A stretch of 64,000 bases of DNA from Saprolegnia diclina VS20 (lineage: Eukaryota): assembly GCF_000281045.1 (NCBI RefSeq), contig NW_008246099.1, forward strand, positions 368,372 through 432,371, read 5' to 3'. A program made the translations under genes and the position numbers. Below, piece after piece: positions 24,054 through 38,662 of the stretch. The notes below the pieces were generated by a model. The model searched no databases. It was given only the letters and a program-made list of their open reading frames with translations, and was not told where the DNA came from. Positions within the stretch are counted from its first letter, which is position 1. The number at the start of each line of letters is the position of its first letter.

Positions 24054-24402
24054 GGACCATTGACGAGACGTGCACTTGTATTTTGGTCTGGGAGAATAAA
24101 TCATTGCTAGAGAATTGGAGTTGTCGTTGGCAGTTGACGTGGCGTTAAAGGGCGAGCAAATAATGTCCTCTGACCCTTGGGCTTGTTCACTTTGTGCTCA
24201 GAGACGACAAGGAAAGAAGCACTGAACGTCGAAGATCCCATTGTCATTGGCGCAGATTCTATTGGGGCAAGTACATGATACGTCGGTCCATGCTGCGATT
24301 CAAGATATTCGCGTGTATAAGAAACTCATTTCTCATTGAAGGAGCTCGCAGCAACGAGATGACTGAGAGAGCATCGATTCTGGTGATTCAGCCGCAGTAG
24401 GC

Positions 24403-25348
24403 TCATACGACACTAAACGTATCGAGGTCCATCGGGTGGTGCTGGTTGGATGCATATGGCTCCGCTTTCTGCACAAAAGTGTCGTTGCGCGGCGCGTCGT
24501 TGTAGCGCAAGTCGAGCAGCCGCAGCGCTCGGTGGAGGCCATTGAGGACGATGCCTGTATCAGTGTTCTCCATCATGAGTGCTTGGAGCAGTGCATGCTT
24601 TGCGTCGTCTTTGGAGAACTTGGGTGCTTCTCGCGTCGGCGGCTTCCTGTCGGCGTGGTTGGTCATAGCGACGACGGCCGCAGCCACAACCGCGAGGGTC
24701 GGCGGCGTCGCCATGGGCGGGATCTTGGTTTCTTCCAGCGCCGTCATGAGCGTGTCTTCTTCGTCTGGCGTCAGCATCATACAGCAATCGTACATCGCAC
24801 ACGGCTCGACGTTGTTGCTTCCCGGTGGCATTCGGTCTTCTACTAGTACACCACGTTGGTGAAACGTGGCTTCGTTAGCACAGGCGGGTACCGTGGGCGC
24901 CACCGAGATGCATCGTCACGTGATAGCCGTTCTCGATGCGCGCAATGTCGTACACGAGCTTGAGGTACCGGTCGCGCACGGCTCTGGGCGTCTTGTTGGG
25001 GAACTGCACCGCGACCGCTTCCCAGTTGTAGCACGTTGCGTTCGAGTGGGCGGCGAGGAGCTCTTCGAAGCGCGCGTCGTCTTCACGACTCCACTTGGTA
25101 TCGACTGCCTGCATCGCTTGCATCTCCTTGCGCTTCTGCGTGTTGAGCATTTGGAGCTGCAGAAAGTACCGGTTCGCGTGGAGCTGGACGTCCTTGTCGG
25201 TGCGACTGCCGACATGGTCGGCGATGAGGCCCCAGACCGCGGGCGTCGGCGTGCACTGACCGACCTTTTCGAGCGCCTCGAGGAACCGCGCGTGCTCGTC
25301 CGCGCTCCAAAAATGCGGCGAAATCGGGTTGAAGACCTTCGTGCCCAT
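24403..25348 (-). CDS. MYB/SANT transcription factor (SHAQKYF-like MYB followed by a RAD/DIV-like SANT)
   Basis: WSADEHARFLEAL..WGLIADHVGSRTDKDVQLHANRYF and WSREDDARFE..WEAVAVQFPNKT..RYLKLVYDIARIENG. One intron near 24845-24891. Confidence 0.85.
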
Positions 25349-25498
25349 GCGACCGCCAATTGAAGAGTCTCGATCTTGGAAAGAGGCGCGCTTTTTATTT
25401 CCGTTTTTTTGTTTGCTACAAACAACAAGTACAGAAATTATAATTGCTCGAATTCGGTTCAAGTAGGACTTTTGAAACCGATTTCGGCCAATTCGGAC

Positions 25499-26725
25499 AT
25501 GGACCGCGTCTTGACGGCGACCCACCGCGGGCTGGCGATGAGCAGCCTCCTCGAGACGACCCCCAAGGTCTTCGTCGACGAGGTCTTCCGCCCCATGATG
25601 GCCTACGTCTACCAAGACCCCATGGAGACGACGCTACCGGACGAGCTAAAGGAGGTACGCCAACGTCGCGATCAGGGTCAGCGAACGAACGTCTCTTCAT
25701 GGATAGGTCGTCCACGCAACGGATGCGAATCGTCGACGAAGCTTGGGTCACATTGCCATGGAAGAGCTCCTGCATGCAGCCAACTTGCTCGCGAGAGATG
25801 AAGAACGTAAAGGCTTTCTTGCCGTCACCGAGGTTCACGCAGTGTAGGTCTTGTCGAAGCGATTGCAACGTACTGGGACATCTGCAGCGTTGCGACGGAC
25901 GACATACCATGGTTCATCGACCATGTGCTCGACATGAAGCTCGCAAAGAAGGCCAAGCGCCAGCTCCTCCAGTGTACCCAGCGTCGCCCCCACTTCTCCG
26001 CATCTGTACTCCTCCTAGGTGTCGCCGAGTCGGACGCCTCCGACGACGCCAAGCGTGACTTTCTCCTCGCCATGATGCAAACCGACTCGCTTAGGTAGAC
26101 ACACCGCAAAGGCAAGCGCTAGGATCACTGACATGAGGTCGTAGTGATACCCGCGAGCAAGCGCTCAAGCACTTGGTCACGATGGATCTCGTTGACGCAT
26201 CGGCCATCCATGCGCTGGCCCATCAGCTCCGGGACAAGTCCAAGCGCGTACGTCTACATTCTATTCACTCGGAACGCAAGGACAATGAGCACTAGGTGCA
26301 ACGGCTTGCCTTCACCTCGCTCCTCTCTGTACGGGCGAAACACGGTGAAGGCGTCCACCTCATATCTGTATTAGATCGCCCCGGAAGTAGAGCGATGAAA
26401 GTATTGACTGCATGCGCGCTGACGTTTGCACGCAGATGATTGTGGGTCATCTTGAGTCGACACTCATGGCGCAAACCATGGGTCTTCTCTGTGTGCTGAA
26501 TCAAGACGTGCCATCCCAAGGCGACCACGAGCTCCTCGGTCGCTTGCGTACGTCGGTTTGCAGTACGATATTGGCTCAAGAGATGTAGTGGTCGTCTACT
26601 GCACGTGGCCTCAACAAACCATGCAAGCAACCTGCTCCAAGCTCCTCGCACTCGACGCGTATCCGAGTCCAGTATTGCAATCGCTCGTCCGCGACCACAT
26701 TCGGCGTCTCGTCAGCCGAGTTTGA
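25499..26725 (+). CDS. Hypothetical intron-rich helical (HEAT-like) protein
   Basis: ATG at 25499 and a chain of short GT-AG introns giving a continuous helical reading (..REQALKHLV..LRDKSKRVQRLAF..). 3' exons are uncertain. Confidence 0.5.
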
Positions 26726-26749
26726 AAAATGAAAGCAAAAGGTTTCGCT

Positions 26750-28450
26750 TTAGACGAGCGCAATGCCTTGGCGCTTGAAGAAGCGGACGCCGAGGAGGAT
26801 CAAGACCATCGAGATCGAGACGGACGAGCCAAGGACGCCCCAAAAGAGATGTGGTGTTGTCTCGTAGCCAGAGACAAGATTCATACCAAACGAGCTGGCG
26901 ACGAACATGGCAAAGTTGAGGCAGAGCATGATGAGGCCGAACATCGTGTCGATCGAGAGAAGCGAGTTGCGGACCGCGTCCATCTTGAGCATGACGACGT
27001 TCTCCGTGTTGGCCATGCGCTGCTGGATGAGACGGACTTTGGCGCGCATCGAGTGAATGTCCTAATAGGTCTTTTCAGCCCCCGCCTTCTATTCGCTTTG
27101 CACCTGTAGGTACGCTTCGAGGAGAGCTTCGGCTTCTTCCGAGTCGAAGGCAAACATTTCCCGCGTCATGTACGGGTTCTCGTACATCTAAAGACGGTAT
27201 ACCAACGCTGTGTGGTGGTGCCAAGTACCTTGGTCAAGTACATCAGCTTGAGGTCCTGTTCGTTTTCCAGCAGCTCCATGAGCACGCGCCGAAGGCCCGT
27301 GACCTGCGACTCGAACTCGTTGACTTTGTTCTTGAGAATGTGGAGCACTTCGATCTCGCCCGACGAGAGTTGCGCGCCCGCCAGGCGATTCAGTGCCTCC
27401 GAGACGACAGAGATGAGCCGCTCACAGTCCGAGCTCAGCATCCTAACGTAACCTTGTGCTGGCGACTAGAACGAACCATGCAACATGGGTAGCGTACTTG
27501 GTGAGCGAGTAGAAGATGGCTTCGAGCGCGCTAGGCATCAGTAATTCGAGCGTGCCATAGGTGACGAAGATGCATACCGAAACTCAAAGTGAATATGGCC
27601 TTCTTCCGACTTGGAAAGCGCCATCTTGTTGCGAAGGAGCTGGATGAGCGTGTCGGCGCCGTTGGGTACGAAGAGCAAGCAGCAGTCGCGCATGATGACG
27701 CCGCGCAAAGGATCTACGCCAGGGTGCCACGTGTCCCGAAGATAGTATCGAAATGCCACCTGCGTTGACCAAAAGAACTTGCTTCCGCACCGCGATCGAC
27801 GGCTCGTTCGTCGCACTGAACGTGTGGTCGAGCTTGCGCAAGTCGCGCATGTGCAGTGCCTATTGCCACTGCGTCGTAGGCCGTCACAAGCGGTCGATGT
27901 AGATCAACCTGCACTTCGCAGACTGCTGACGGGGCCATGGCGACGCTCGCGCGCTTGCGCACAGGTCGAGAGTGCTTGGCATAGCTCGATGCGTCGTGTC
28001 GCATGTCGCTTGTGTCGTCCTGGGAACAGAGTATGACGCCATGATGCATGGCGACGTGCTGTACCTTGCTAAAGCGCTTGGCGCTCGAGTGCTCCTGGAC
28101 GATCTGCATGACGTCGGCGCGTGACAACTCGGTAAACGACATGACGCCATGCTCGTCAAACTTGACCACCTATGAGAGAGCTTGCTATGTCATCCAGCTA
28201 GGGCAGAAGAGGCGAACGAGCTTCTTGGAGTGGGGTGTCTCTTCTTCGTATGCAATGCACTGCTCGTGGCTCGAGCAAAAGTCTTGCTCGATGAGCGTCT
28301 TGGTCGGTGTGTTGATCTGCTCCGCCAGCCACGACGTCTACCCACGCGTAGGGTGATGGAGCCACGCTGCATCTTCATATATACCTTGGTCGCGAACGAG
28401 CCGTAGCTGACGGCCGTCGGTCCCTTGAGCGCTGCATGGTGCTCGGCCAT
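26750..28450 (-). CDS. MRS2: MRS2/CorA-family Mg2+ transporter (paralog 1)
   Basis: MRDLRKLD, FEFRALEAI, MLKMDAVRNSLL, TM1 ending FGMNL, then TM2. Multi-exon. Confidence 0.9.
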
Positions 28451-28830
28451 CCTGCGACCGCAGACGAAAAAGATATCTTTGCAGAAAGGCCGGTTGCAAG
28501 TCGCAGCTTCGAATCCTGCGAACGAATACTAGTCCCCAGTATGTGAATTCGAAGTTCAGAGTCACGAAAGCCGTTGGAGATTCCGATCCGAGCGCTTGAA
28601 CTCGTGATGACAACCATCTCTAGCGATTGCAGTGGCACAGACCGAGCCCCTTTGGCCAAACACGCGCGTGAAGATGAAATGCCTGCACTTTCTAAGAGGT
28701 CGCTCGCATCCGACAGGCACGCGTTGGAGCTCTATCGTGGCACATCGTGGCCAAGACGAAGTTCGAAGACCAGAAAGATACGCCAACAACGGAACATTCG
28801 CCGTTCTTCCACCTGGCAAGCGGCGTCGAG

Positions 28831-30385
<1,555 letters not shown>

Positions 30386-30494
30386 GCTGTCGAGCTAAGT
30401 TGATGAATATTGTCTTGTTTGTATGTTTGTATCGCGGTGTTGCCGTGTCGTGAAGACGCATCGACAGGCAAAAGCATACGTACGAGTGGATTCT

Positions 30495-32081
30495 TTAGAT
30501 GATGACTCCTCGACTCTTGAAGAAGGCGATACCGGCGAAGATGGTGACGGCCGAGAAGCCGATCGTGGAGAAGAGGACGGTGATGAACGCCCCCGGCGTG
30601 GCTTCGAGGCCGGACGTGAGGTTCATGCCAAATGCGGCGGTGACAAACATGCCAAAGGTCATGCAGACCATGATGAGCGTAAAGATCATGTCGGCGGTGA
30701 GGAGGTAGTTGCGCACCGCGTCCATCTTGAGCATGACGACGCTCTCGGTGTTTTGGATTCGGTGGAGGATGAGCGCGACCTTGGTCTTGGTCGAGTGAAT
30801 GTCCTACCGTCTGCACTCGATACCATTGCTAGGGTATGAAGTTATGTACTTGGAGGTACACTTCGAGGAGCGACTCGGCTTCTTCCGCGTCGAACGTCCA
30901 GAGCTCGTTGAGCATCAGCGGGTTTTGGTACAGCTACTCGCGCGTTGACGACAAAGATTCGAGACGAGTCGACGTACTTTGGTCAAATACATCAAGTGCA
31001 AGTCGACTTCATTGTCCAGCACCTCCATGAGCACACGGCGGAGTCCGTTGACCTATGAGCAACAATTCGCTTAGAAAATACAATCCCAAGCCATGGCACC
31101 TGGGACTCAAACTCGTTCATCGCGTTCTTGAGCGTCCGCAGTGTCTCGAGTTCGCCGGACGACATTTGGGCGCTCGCAAGTCGCTCGAGCGAGCTGTTGA
31201 CGATCGGCGCCATCTTAGTAAAGTCGTCTGCGAGGAACCTACGCTCCCGTGTGGACACCCAATTTTGCGGCAAAGTGTACTTGCAGACGGTCGCAAGGAT
31301 GGCTTCTAGCGCGCTATGTACATTTCAAGGGTAAGAAAAAAGAGGAAGAGTGCGCAGTACCGAAACTCGAATGGCATCTCCGAGTCCTCGTCGTGGATCG
31401 GCTCTTGGAAGCGCTCGGTCAACAGGTGCACGAGCGCGTGGTGCGGGTCGGGGACGAAGAGCAAGCAGCACTCGCGCATGATCACCGACCGAATCGGATC
31501 TACTGGCTTGGATCAGTACAACACTGTGATGCATACAGGCGACGTGCCCGCGTTGATCAAGATGGCCTGTTTGCGCACGACAATGGACGGCTCGTACGAC
31601 TCGACGAACGCATAGTCGAGCTTGCGCAAGTCCCGCATGTGCACAGACTACGCACCGCATCAAGCTTCGAAGCTAACCGATGGCGAACCTGCGCGTCCGA
31701 GTGGGGCAGGCCCATGCCAGCGTTTAGGCGCGGTGACGAGAGGTGCTGGTCGTCCTTAGGCGACCGCGGCGATGGCACCTCCATGGCGGCTTGCTGCGTC
31801 ATCTTGAGGACATCGGAGCGGCGCAGCTGCACGAGGCTCGCCTTGCCGCTCACGTCAAAACGCAGCACCTACGAGCGGAGTGTTGACGCCGCCAGCCAGA
31901 GTTGGCAGTGTCGTACGTCCTGCAGCCCGGTCTTGAGGAAGGACTCGTCCGAGAGCCGCGACGTCGCCCGCGTCGGAAGCTGGTCGACGGTGACGATCTC
32001 CTTGAGCGAGCGCGCGTGGACTTGAACCCACGAGCCGGCGTCGACCGGCGGCTTGACGAGCGCCTCGAGCGTGCTGGCCAT
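30495..32081 (-). CDS. MRS2: MRS2/CorA-family Mg2+ transporter (paralog 2)
   Basis: MRDLRKLD, MPFEFRALEAIL, MLKMDAVRNYLL, AFGMNL plus TM2. Confidence 0.9.
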
Positions 32082-32491
32082 GGCGGTCGGTATTCGATAT
32101 TCGGCTGGAAGATTTTGCGATCTTCCGGATACGGTATAGTTATCCGGATCAACGGGCCGATGCGGTTTCGCGCCATTTTTGCACAGGCAAGCGAGACGTC
32201 CAGGATCTGGGGTCTGTCGGTTGGTAGAAGAGACGAGATGCTTGGCGACGATGGTGGCATATCATTAAAGCACAGTAGAAACAAGGTTTAGTGAATTTTG
32301 CTTTGCAAAGTTGGTCATCGTGGTAGTCCAGGATCACTTCGTCCTCCCTCATTAGCGCACAAGCGGGAGCTTTGGGCCAGCGTTTTCTCGTTTGTCGAGG
32401 CTAGGGTACGTAAAGAAAGCCTGCTTTGCTTTGCGTGAAACCTCCATGGCGGGCTGCGAATGTTACTCTTTCATTTTGGTCCGCGTGCGGC

Positions 32492-34177
32492 ATGGACGCG
32501 ACGCCGTTCGCACAGGTGGTGACGCCAAGCTTCCGCCGGACAGCAACCAAGTCGTCGGACGCCCACGATATCATCCTCGTACCCGACATGCTCGCGAGCC
32601 GCCACCGCGACATCCTCTGCACCGCCGAGCCCCTCCCACGCAACGGCAAGCGTTTGGTGGGCATTTGGCTTTGCAAGTTTTGTTGTTTCTAGGGCAATGT
32701 CCATAGGCGCTTCGGTTTGCGGACGACGGCAGCGTGAGCTACGAAGAGATCTCGCGCGCCGACGTACTTAAATTGGTGCAAGCGAACGCGAATGACATGT
32801 CATTGCAACGCCACCAGGTCCAAGCACCTCCACATGTACTAGTATCTCTCAATCACCAGTGTATACTGGCTCCCAATCCCCGGCAGCGACCCCCGCCGGC
32901 GCAGCAAGTCCTTAGGTCTACCCATCTTTGGCACCAGCGACGTGGCGGTACCGCCGCTTGACAATATCGCAACACTGAGACAACAAGTAGAGCATTCATG
33001 TGCGAGACATGCGCAAGCTCGACAGCACGTTCTCGATCTCCAACGAACCGTCCTTTGTGGTTCGCAAACAAGCCATCTTGATCAACACGGGTATTTTAGC
33101 ACGCTTGTGGCCTTGATGTGACTCTCTTGCGTAGACCCGCTTCGAAGCGTGGTGCTCCGCAATTGCTGCTACGTATTTTTGCCCGACGGGGCGGACGGGC
33201 TCATCTCGACGCTCAAGCAGCACTTCAAGGAACCCATCTTTGGCAACGACCCCAAATCGATGCCGTTTGAGTTTCGGTACAGCGCAATGGTTTAAAATGA
33301 CGTGTACATGAACGCGGTGTACAGCGCCCTAGAAGCCATTTTGGCGACCATGGTTCGGTACGTCTTTGATTTTGCCATCAAAGAGGTGTGTATATAACGT
33401 TGTTGTATGGCAGGATGCTCACTGCGGACTGCGACCGCGTGATCCCGATCGCTCAAACGGCCATGGACAAAATCTCCCAATCCCAAGTGCGAACCAAAGA
33501 ACTCGAGCGCCTCCGAACCCTCAAAAACGTTCTCAACGAACTCAAATCACAGGTATCATCTCACTGCATACATGTATGGGCTGTGATTGAGTTTGAGCGC
33601 AGGTCAATGGTCTGCATCGGATTTTGATCGAGACGCTCGAAGATGAGTACACGCTGCATTACCTCTACTTGACCAAAGTCCGGTCTCGTTTCCATCCAAA
33701 GCAAGCTAATGCGGCGTATAGATGATGGACACGCCGTGCTACCTGCCGGATGGCAGTTGGAGCTACGACTCGGAGTACGCAGAAGCCCTCTTGGAGACCT
33801 ATTTACAGGTAGCCTTTGACGCTACTGGAGGGATCAGAGTTTACAGTTGAGATGCATGGCTAGGAAATGTACAACCAGCGAGCGCGCATCGAGCTCACAA
33901 TGAACAACATTGAGAACACCGAGAGCATCGTCATGATGCAGCTCGACGCGACGCGAAACTCGCTCCTCTCGGTCGACTTGTCGCTGACGTCGTTTACAAC
34001 ATTTATCAACGTGTCCACCTTTGTCACGGGCGCCTTTGGCATGAACTCAACTCGAGCCTCCAAGAAGTCGACGGGCTCTTCTTCATCCTCTTGGGAATCC
34101 TTGCAGTCTTCCCCTTCGTCGCGTACATTTGCTTCAAGCTCTACTTTCTGAAGCGCGGGATTGTCCTCTTGGGCTAA
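32492..34177 (+). CDS. MRS2: MRS2/CorA-family Mg2+ transporter (paralog 3), frameshifted just after GMN
   Basis: VRDMRKLD, MPFEFRALEAIL, MQLDATRNSLL, AFGMN. TM2 (LFFILLGILAVFPFVAYICF..KRGIVLLG*) lies in another frame. Confidence 0.8.
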
Positions 34178-34740
34178 GACGCGCATGGAGCGCTTTGCAC
34201 GATTCAACGCGACATGATGTGTGCGCAATTCAATACATTTGAGACGCATGGAGTGATTCCCGCCGGCAAATCTCGGTATCTTTCCGAGATTTTGCGTTTT
34301 GAATTTTCAAAATTGGAACGACTGGAACGCCACCAGCTGGCTCGCAACCCTCCATATAATTATCGAAATCGTCTCAAATACTCGGTACATTTAGCTGTTG
34401 ACGGGCGACCTCTTGTGAGGTACACAACACTGCGCAGGTGAAGTGATCGCATCGATAAGAAGGGCCTACTGTATGAACAGTGTGAAACATTCCGGTACAA
34501 GGCAGCTGAGAATCGCTGTGACGCGGTTGGGGTTCTGCTTGCCCGGGCGAAATGAGACAGTGACGAGAAATCATACTTCCTGTAGCACAGACGTTTGGCG
34601 CTCGGTTGGGACACCCAACCTCTTGATAGCTGGGTTTTAGTATACCATACAAAATTTGAGTGAGTATCTACTGCGTTGCGGGATCATTCCGGGATTGCGC
34701 ACCGCTTGGGAAGGCCGTTGCGACGACGACGGGCTGCAGC

Positions 34741-37102
34741 ATGACGAGCGAGGATGACCCGACGAGCATTCCCAACGTCATCGTACGCGCTTGGACGCTC
34801 CATGAGGATTCGACGTCGATGGTCGCATGCGTGTAGGTCGCGGTGCGTCTCCGGCCCATCTCCGAGAAGGAGCTCCAAGAAGGCCAGCGGAGCTGCTGTA
34901 GCGTCGCCAACGATCAGGTGCGACGATCGACGCTGGATGATGAGCTCACGACGCATGGACAGACAGTCGTTATCGAGAAGGAGGCTGCGCGGGTCGGGTA
35001 TCTCAAGAGCCAGAAAGGGTCGTCCAACGAATATGCATACGACATTGCGTTCTCCGAAGAGGTATAGCGTCCATAGCCAAGCACCGTCACATGCATGGCG
35101 CGTGTAGGCTACGCAGGATGAAGTGTATGAGCGAACAGTCAAGAACATCATCCCGACAATCCTCGACGGCTACAACGCGACCATCTTTGCGTACAGCATG
35201 GTGTGCGAAGTGAACTTGCTTGACGCTGCCTGTAGATATGGAGCGACAGGCGCTGGAAAGACACACACAATGATGGGCTCTGAGCGCGACGGGCACTCGT
35301 TGGACGAGCTCTCGGAGGACGATTTCGACTACGATGGGCAGCCGCAATCGCTGCCTGTCGATGGCATCATCCCGCAGTCGCTTTCGGACATCTTTCGACT
35401 GATTCGTCTCCGCGAGAGAGAAGAGAAGATCGCCCAAGAGACCGAAGGTCGCGCCTCCGAGTGGATGGTCACCGTGTCGTACTTGGAAGTCTACAACGAG
35501 ACCATCTGCGACCTCATTGACCCAAAGGGCGTCAACCTGCAGCTGCGAGAACACACGAGTACAACGACGACAGTGCATCGTTCCATGCAGCCGACTAACG
35601 CAGACGTAGGTGCTGTTCATGTGAGCGGCCTCGCGCATCGCCAAGTCCGAAGCGCTGTCGAGGTGCTCAACATTCTTCGCCAGTACGACTCCCGCGCAAC
35701 CAACAACAACCAATCTTATGATACGTGTAGGGGTAACAAGAACCGACGCACCGAGTCGACTGTTGCGAACGCAGTGTCGTCACGGTCGCACGCGGTGCTG
35801 CAAGTGACCGTCAAGCACAAGACTGTCGACCTTATGCGCAAGAGCAGTCCGAACACTGAGATGACATGCGCCAAGCTGTCGCTTATCGACCTCGCGGGCT
35901 CGGAGCGAGCGTGCAAGACGGAAAACTCGGGCGCGCGCTTGGCGGAAGGTGCCAACATCAACAAGGTATCGAGGTTGACAGTGTATTTTCGGTATCGAGC
36001 TTCCGTAGTCGCTTTTGGCCCTTGCCAACGCAATCAACGCGCTCTCTTCGACGCCTGCGATGCGTCGGCGGTCCGAGCCGTCGGCGCGGCTGAAGGAAGT
36101 GCGCCCCATCAGTCGCGCAAAGTACCGTGACAGCAAGCTTACGCACTTGCTCAAAGTGCGACGATGATGGAGGTGTGTACAAACTGACAACCTGTGTAGA
36201 GCTCGCTCGAAGGCGACTGCCGCTTGATCATGATCGCCAATATCAACCCGTCGCACAAGTCCTTTGACGAGAGCCACAACACGCTCAAGTAGGCCTTTTT
36301 CTCCGAGTCGTCGAGACCCAACCAACGGCGTCGCTGTTAGGTATGCGAACCGCGCCAAGAACATCAAAATCCGCCCCAAAATGCACGTTGTGACGGCAGC
36401 CATGACGCACATTCAGCGCGCCGAGAAGCTCGAGGAAGAGAACGCGTCCTTGCGTCGTGAGCTCGCCGAGGTGCGTACGAAGCGCAAGAGTATCGACGCG
36501 GCGATGTTCTCAAGCCAGCACTTGGCCGACACTAAGCGCGCGAAACTCAGCCTCAAGACAGTGGACACGCCACAGCTTCACTCCCTTCACGTACGATGCG
36601 CACCTCGACAGTTGCTCAGCATTCTCTGTAGCGAACGATCGAGAAGCTCGAGAATGAAAAGAAAGCGTTGCAAGACAAAGTCGAAGACATGGAGAGGGAG
36701 CTCGGTCGCATGCGCGCACTCCGTATCCAGCCAACGACCCCGCGCCAGGCAACGACGTCTCGAGCGACCTCGACACCACGTAAAGCCACGACCCCGCGCT
36801 CCGTCACAAAAGCTCCTCCATCCGTCACGAAGGCCCCACCATCCGCCACCAAGGCCCCGCCTTCGGTCACCAAGTCGGTGGCCACGCCTGCCAAGTCACC
36901 GTCGCGCAACCAAGCACGTGAGGCAGCGCCCGCCAAGAGCGTGCGGGGAACGTCTCTGTTGCCTCAACGCCGCCTGTCGTCCCATCCGATCGTCTTCCGC
37001 GCTGCGACGCCAACACCAGCGACGCCGGCGCGGCCCAACAACCGCGCCCGTCGCGAGAGCTTGATCCCGCGCATCTCGTCGACAGCGTCCAAAGTGTTGT
37101 AG
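34741..37102 (+). CDS. Kinesin motor protein, kinesin-8 (KIF18/19-like)
   Basis: VAVRLRP, GYNATIFAYGATGAGKTHTM, VSYLEVYNE, SSRSHAVLQV, LIDLAGSER, EGANINKSLLAL, YRDSKLTHLLK, MIANINPS, TLKYANRAKNIK. The tail is Pro/Thr-rich with TKAPPS repeats. Confidence 0.92.
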
Positions 37103-37141
37103 TACGGCAAGAGCGTATATTTAAAAAAAATCATGCGAGGC

Positions 37142-37975
37142 TTACCCAAGCAGCATGCCCTTGATATCACCAAGCGCTTGCAGGACGTCGTAGGCCGACG
37201 CTTGGAGCTGCGACCGGTACTTGATCGCACACACGGCCGCGACGGCAACAGCGCCGATCATGATTTGCGTTGACGTGTCGGTCAGCACAGAGTGCGAAGC
37301 GGCGGGCGTCCGCCCTGGCAACGGGCGAGGCGCGTTGTTTGTTTTCGATGGTGTCGTTGAGGTTGCCACTGGCGCTGCCGCCGGTACCTCGATCGATTCC
37401 AGAAGCTCGCCAAGAGACGCCTTGGCACTGCTGCGCAGCACCTTGTCGGCATCGATCTGCCGCAGGATCGTGCGCGCATCGCAGGACGCGTTGGCCAGGA
37501 AGACTTTGGAGACGAGGATTTCATACGCAGTCTCATACAACGCAGTAAGCTCCTCGACCCGAGAAGGGTCCGCCTGCATGCCCGCCCGCAGCGTCTCGAG
37601 GGTTCGCGTCAAGAACGTATTGGCTTCGGCAGTCTCGGACATGGCCGCGAGAAACGAGGCCCAGATGAGCCCGAGCTCGCATGGAATGGGCGACGTGATG
37701 CGCAGAACGTCAGCAAGCGAGAGAAGTTCGTTGGCTGTGTTGAGCTCGAAAATGGACTGCATGAAGATGGCGATGGTGGCCTCGAGGTCTTCGTCCATCG
37801 GTGGCGCATCGAGACCGACGTTAATGTCAGCGCAGAGAAGGTTGAGCGACGATGAGGCTGCGACGAGGTCGGGGTTGAGATGCAGCGACGCAGTGAGCCA
37901 CGCGCGGCTTCCATCCAGTGCGGTCTGGAGGTCGCCCGCGACGAACGCGTCTTGGAGCTCGGCCACGCTTGCCAT
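37142..37975 (-). CDS. Helical protein with C-terminal membrane anchor, possibly PEX26/APEM9-like
   Basis: Intronless 277-aa ORF with a helical N-terminal domain, a Pro/Thr linker and one hydrophobic segment (IMIGAVAVAAVCAI) near the C-terminus. Confidence 0.55.
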   Translation of the reverse strand: MASVAELQDAFVAGDLQTALDGSRAWLTASLHLNPDLVAASSSLNLLCADINVGLDAPPMDEDLEATIAIFMQSIFELNTANELLSLADVLRITSPIPCELGLIWASFLAAMSETAEANTFLTRTLETLRAGMQADPSRVEELTALYETAYEILVSKVFLANASCDARTILRQIDADKVLRSSAKASLGELLESIEVPAAAPVATSTTPSKTNNAPRPLPGRTPAASHSVLTDTSTQIMIGAVAVAAVCAIKYRSQLQASAYDVLQALGDIKGMLLG

Positions 37976-38014
37976 CGTAAAAGATGTTGTTGCATCATCG
38001 TCGTATTCGAAAGG

Positions 38015-38064
38015 CCATTGGCTGAAACGATGGGCAGATTCAAGCTATTTTATCCAATCACAGA
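38015..38064. promoter_or_regulatory. Pair of CCAAT boxes (oomycete TGATTGGCTGAAA-like)
   Basis: ccattggctgaaa at 38015-38027 and ccaatcacaga at 38054-38064, 40-90 bp upstream of the 37975 ATG. Confidence 0.45.
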
Positions 38065-38662
38065 CAACAGTGATTCGACTGCAAGCCAAGATGCACCCAG
38101 CTCGATGCACCTCCTCGTGATTGCTATCGGCCTACCATTAAAGATCCCTGCGTACTGATATGTAGTCTCGTTGGATGCGTTCCTTCTAGTTCTAGTACTA
38201 AATACCCTTCCATAGAGCAACGCAAATAACACTATACTACTAGTACAAGACCGGTGGCGTCCGTCTGAAGCGAACGAGGTTTGCTACTGACGCCTATAGT
38301 ATCAAGCGCGCAGCTATCTCTTCCAAAGGTTGTGATATCGGTACACTCGCTGGTTTGAATCCTCCCGCCAGAAATGAGTTGCAACCTGTCGACGTCGCTC
38401 TTGACGGCAGCTTCAACTCGCTGATTGTTCGTTCGTTGCTACTGGTGCCAGCCATGATCGCCATTTGCATGTGCGACGGCAGCCATGTACACGAAGCTAT
38501 CTAGGAAGCGTCTTCGATTCCCGTCCCTGTGAACTGACGAGCATCATGGCATCGTGGCCATCTTGGCGCGAAGCATCCGGATACTGTCCGGAGCGTGACG
38601 CACGGACGGACGAACACGAGCAGTCAGCCAAAACCACTAAATTTCCTTCGCAAGATCAAGAG

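Noticed and set aside
36800..36875. 21-nt tandem repeat
   Set aside because: Degenerate coding repeat (TKAPPSV) in the kinesin tail, not a CRISPR array or satellite.
38300..38372. tRNA-like 3' end (ggtttgaatcctcccgcca)
   Set aside because: The T-loop is non-canonical and I could not fold an acceptor stem or a D/anticodon arm.
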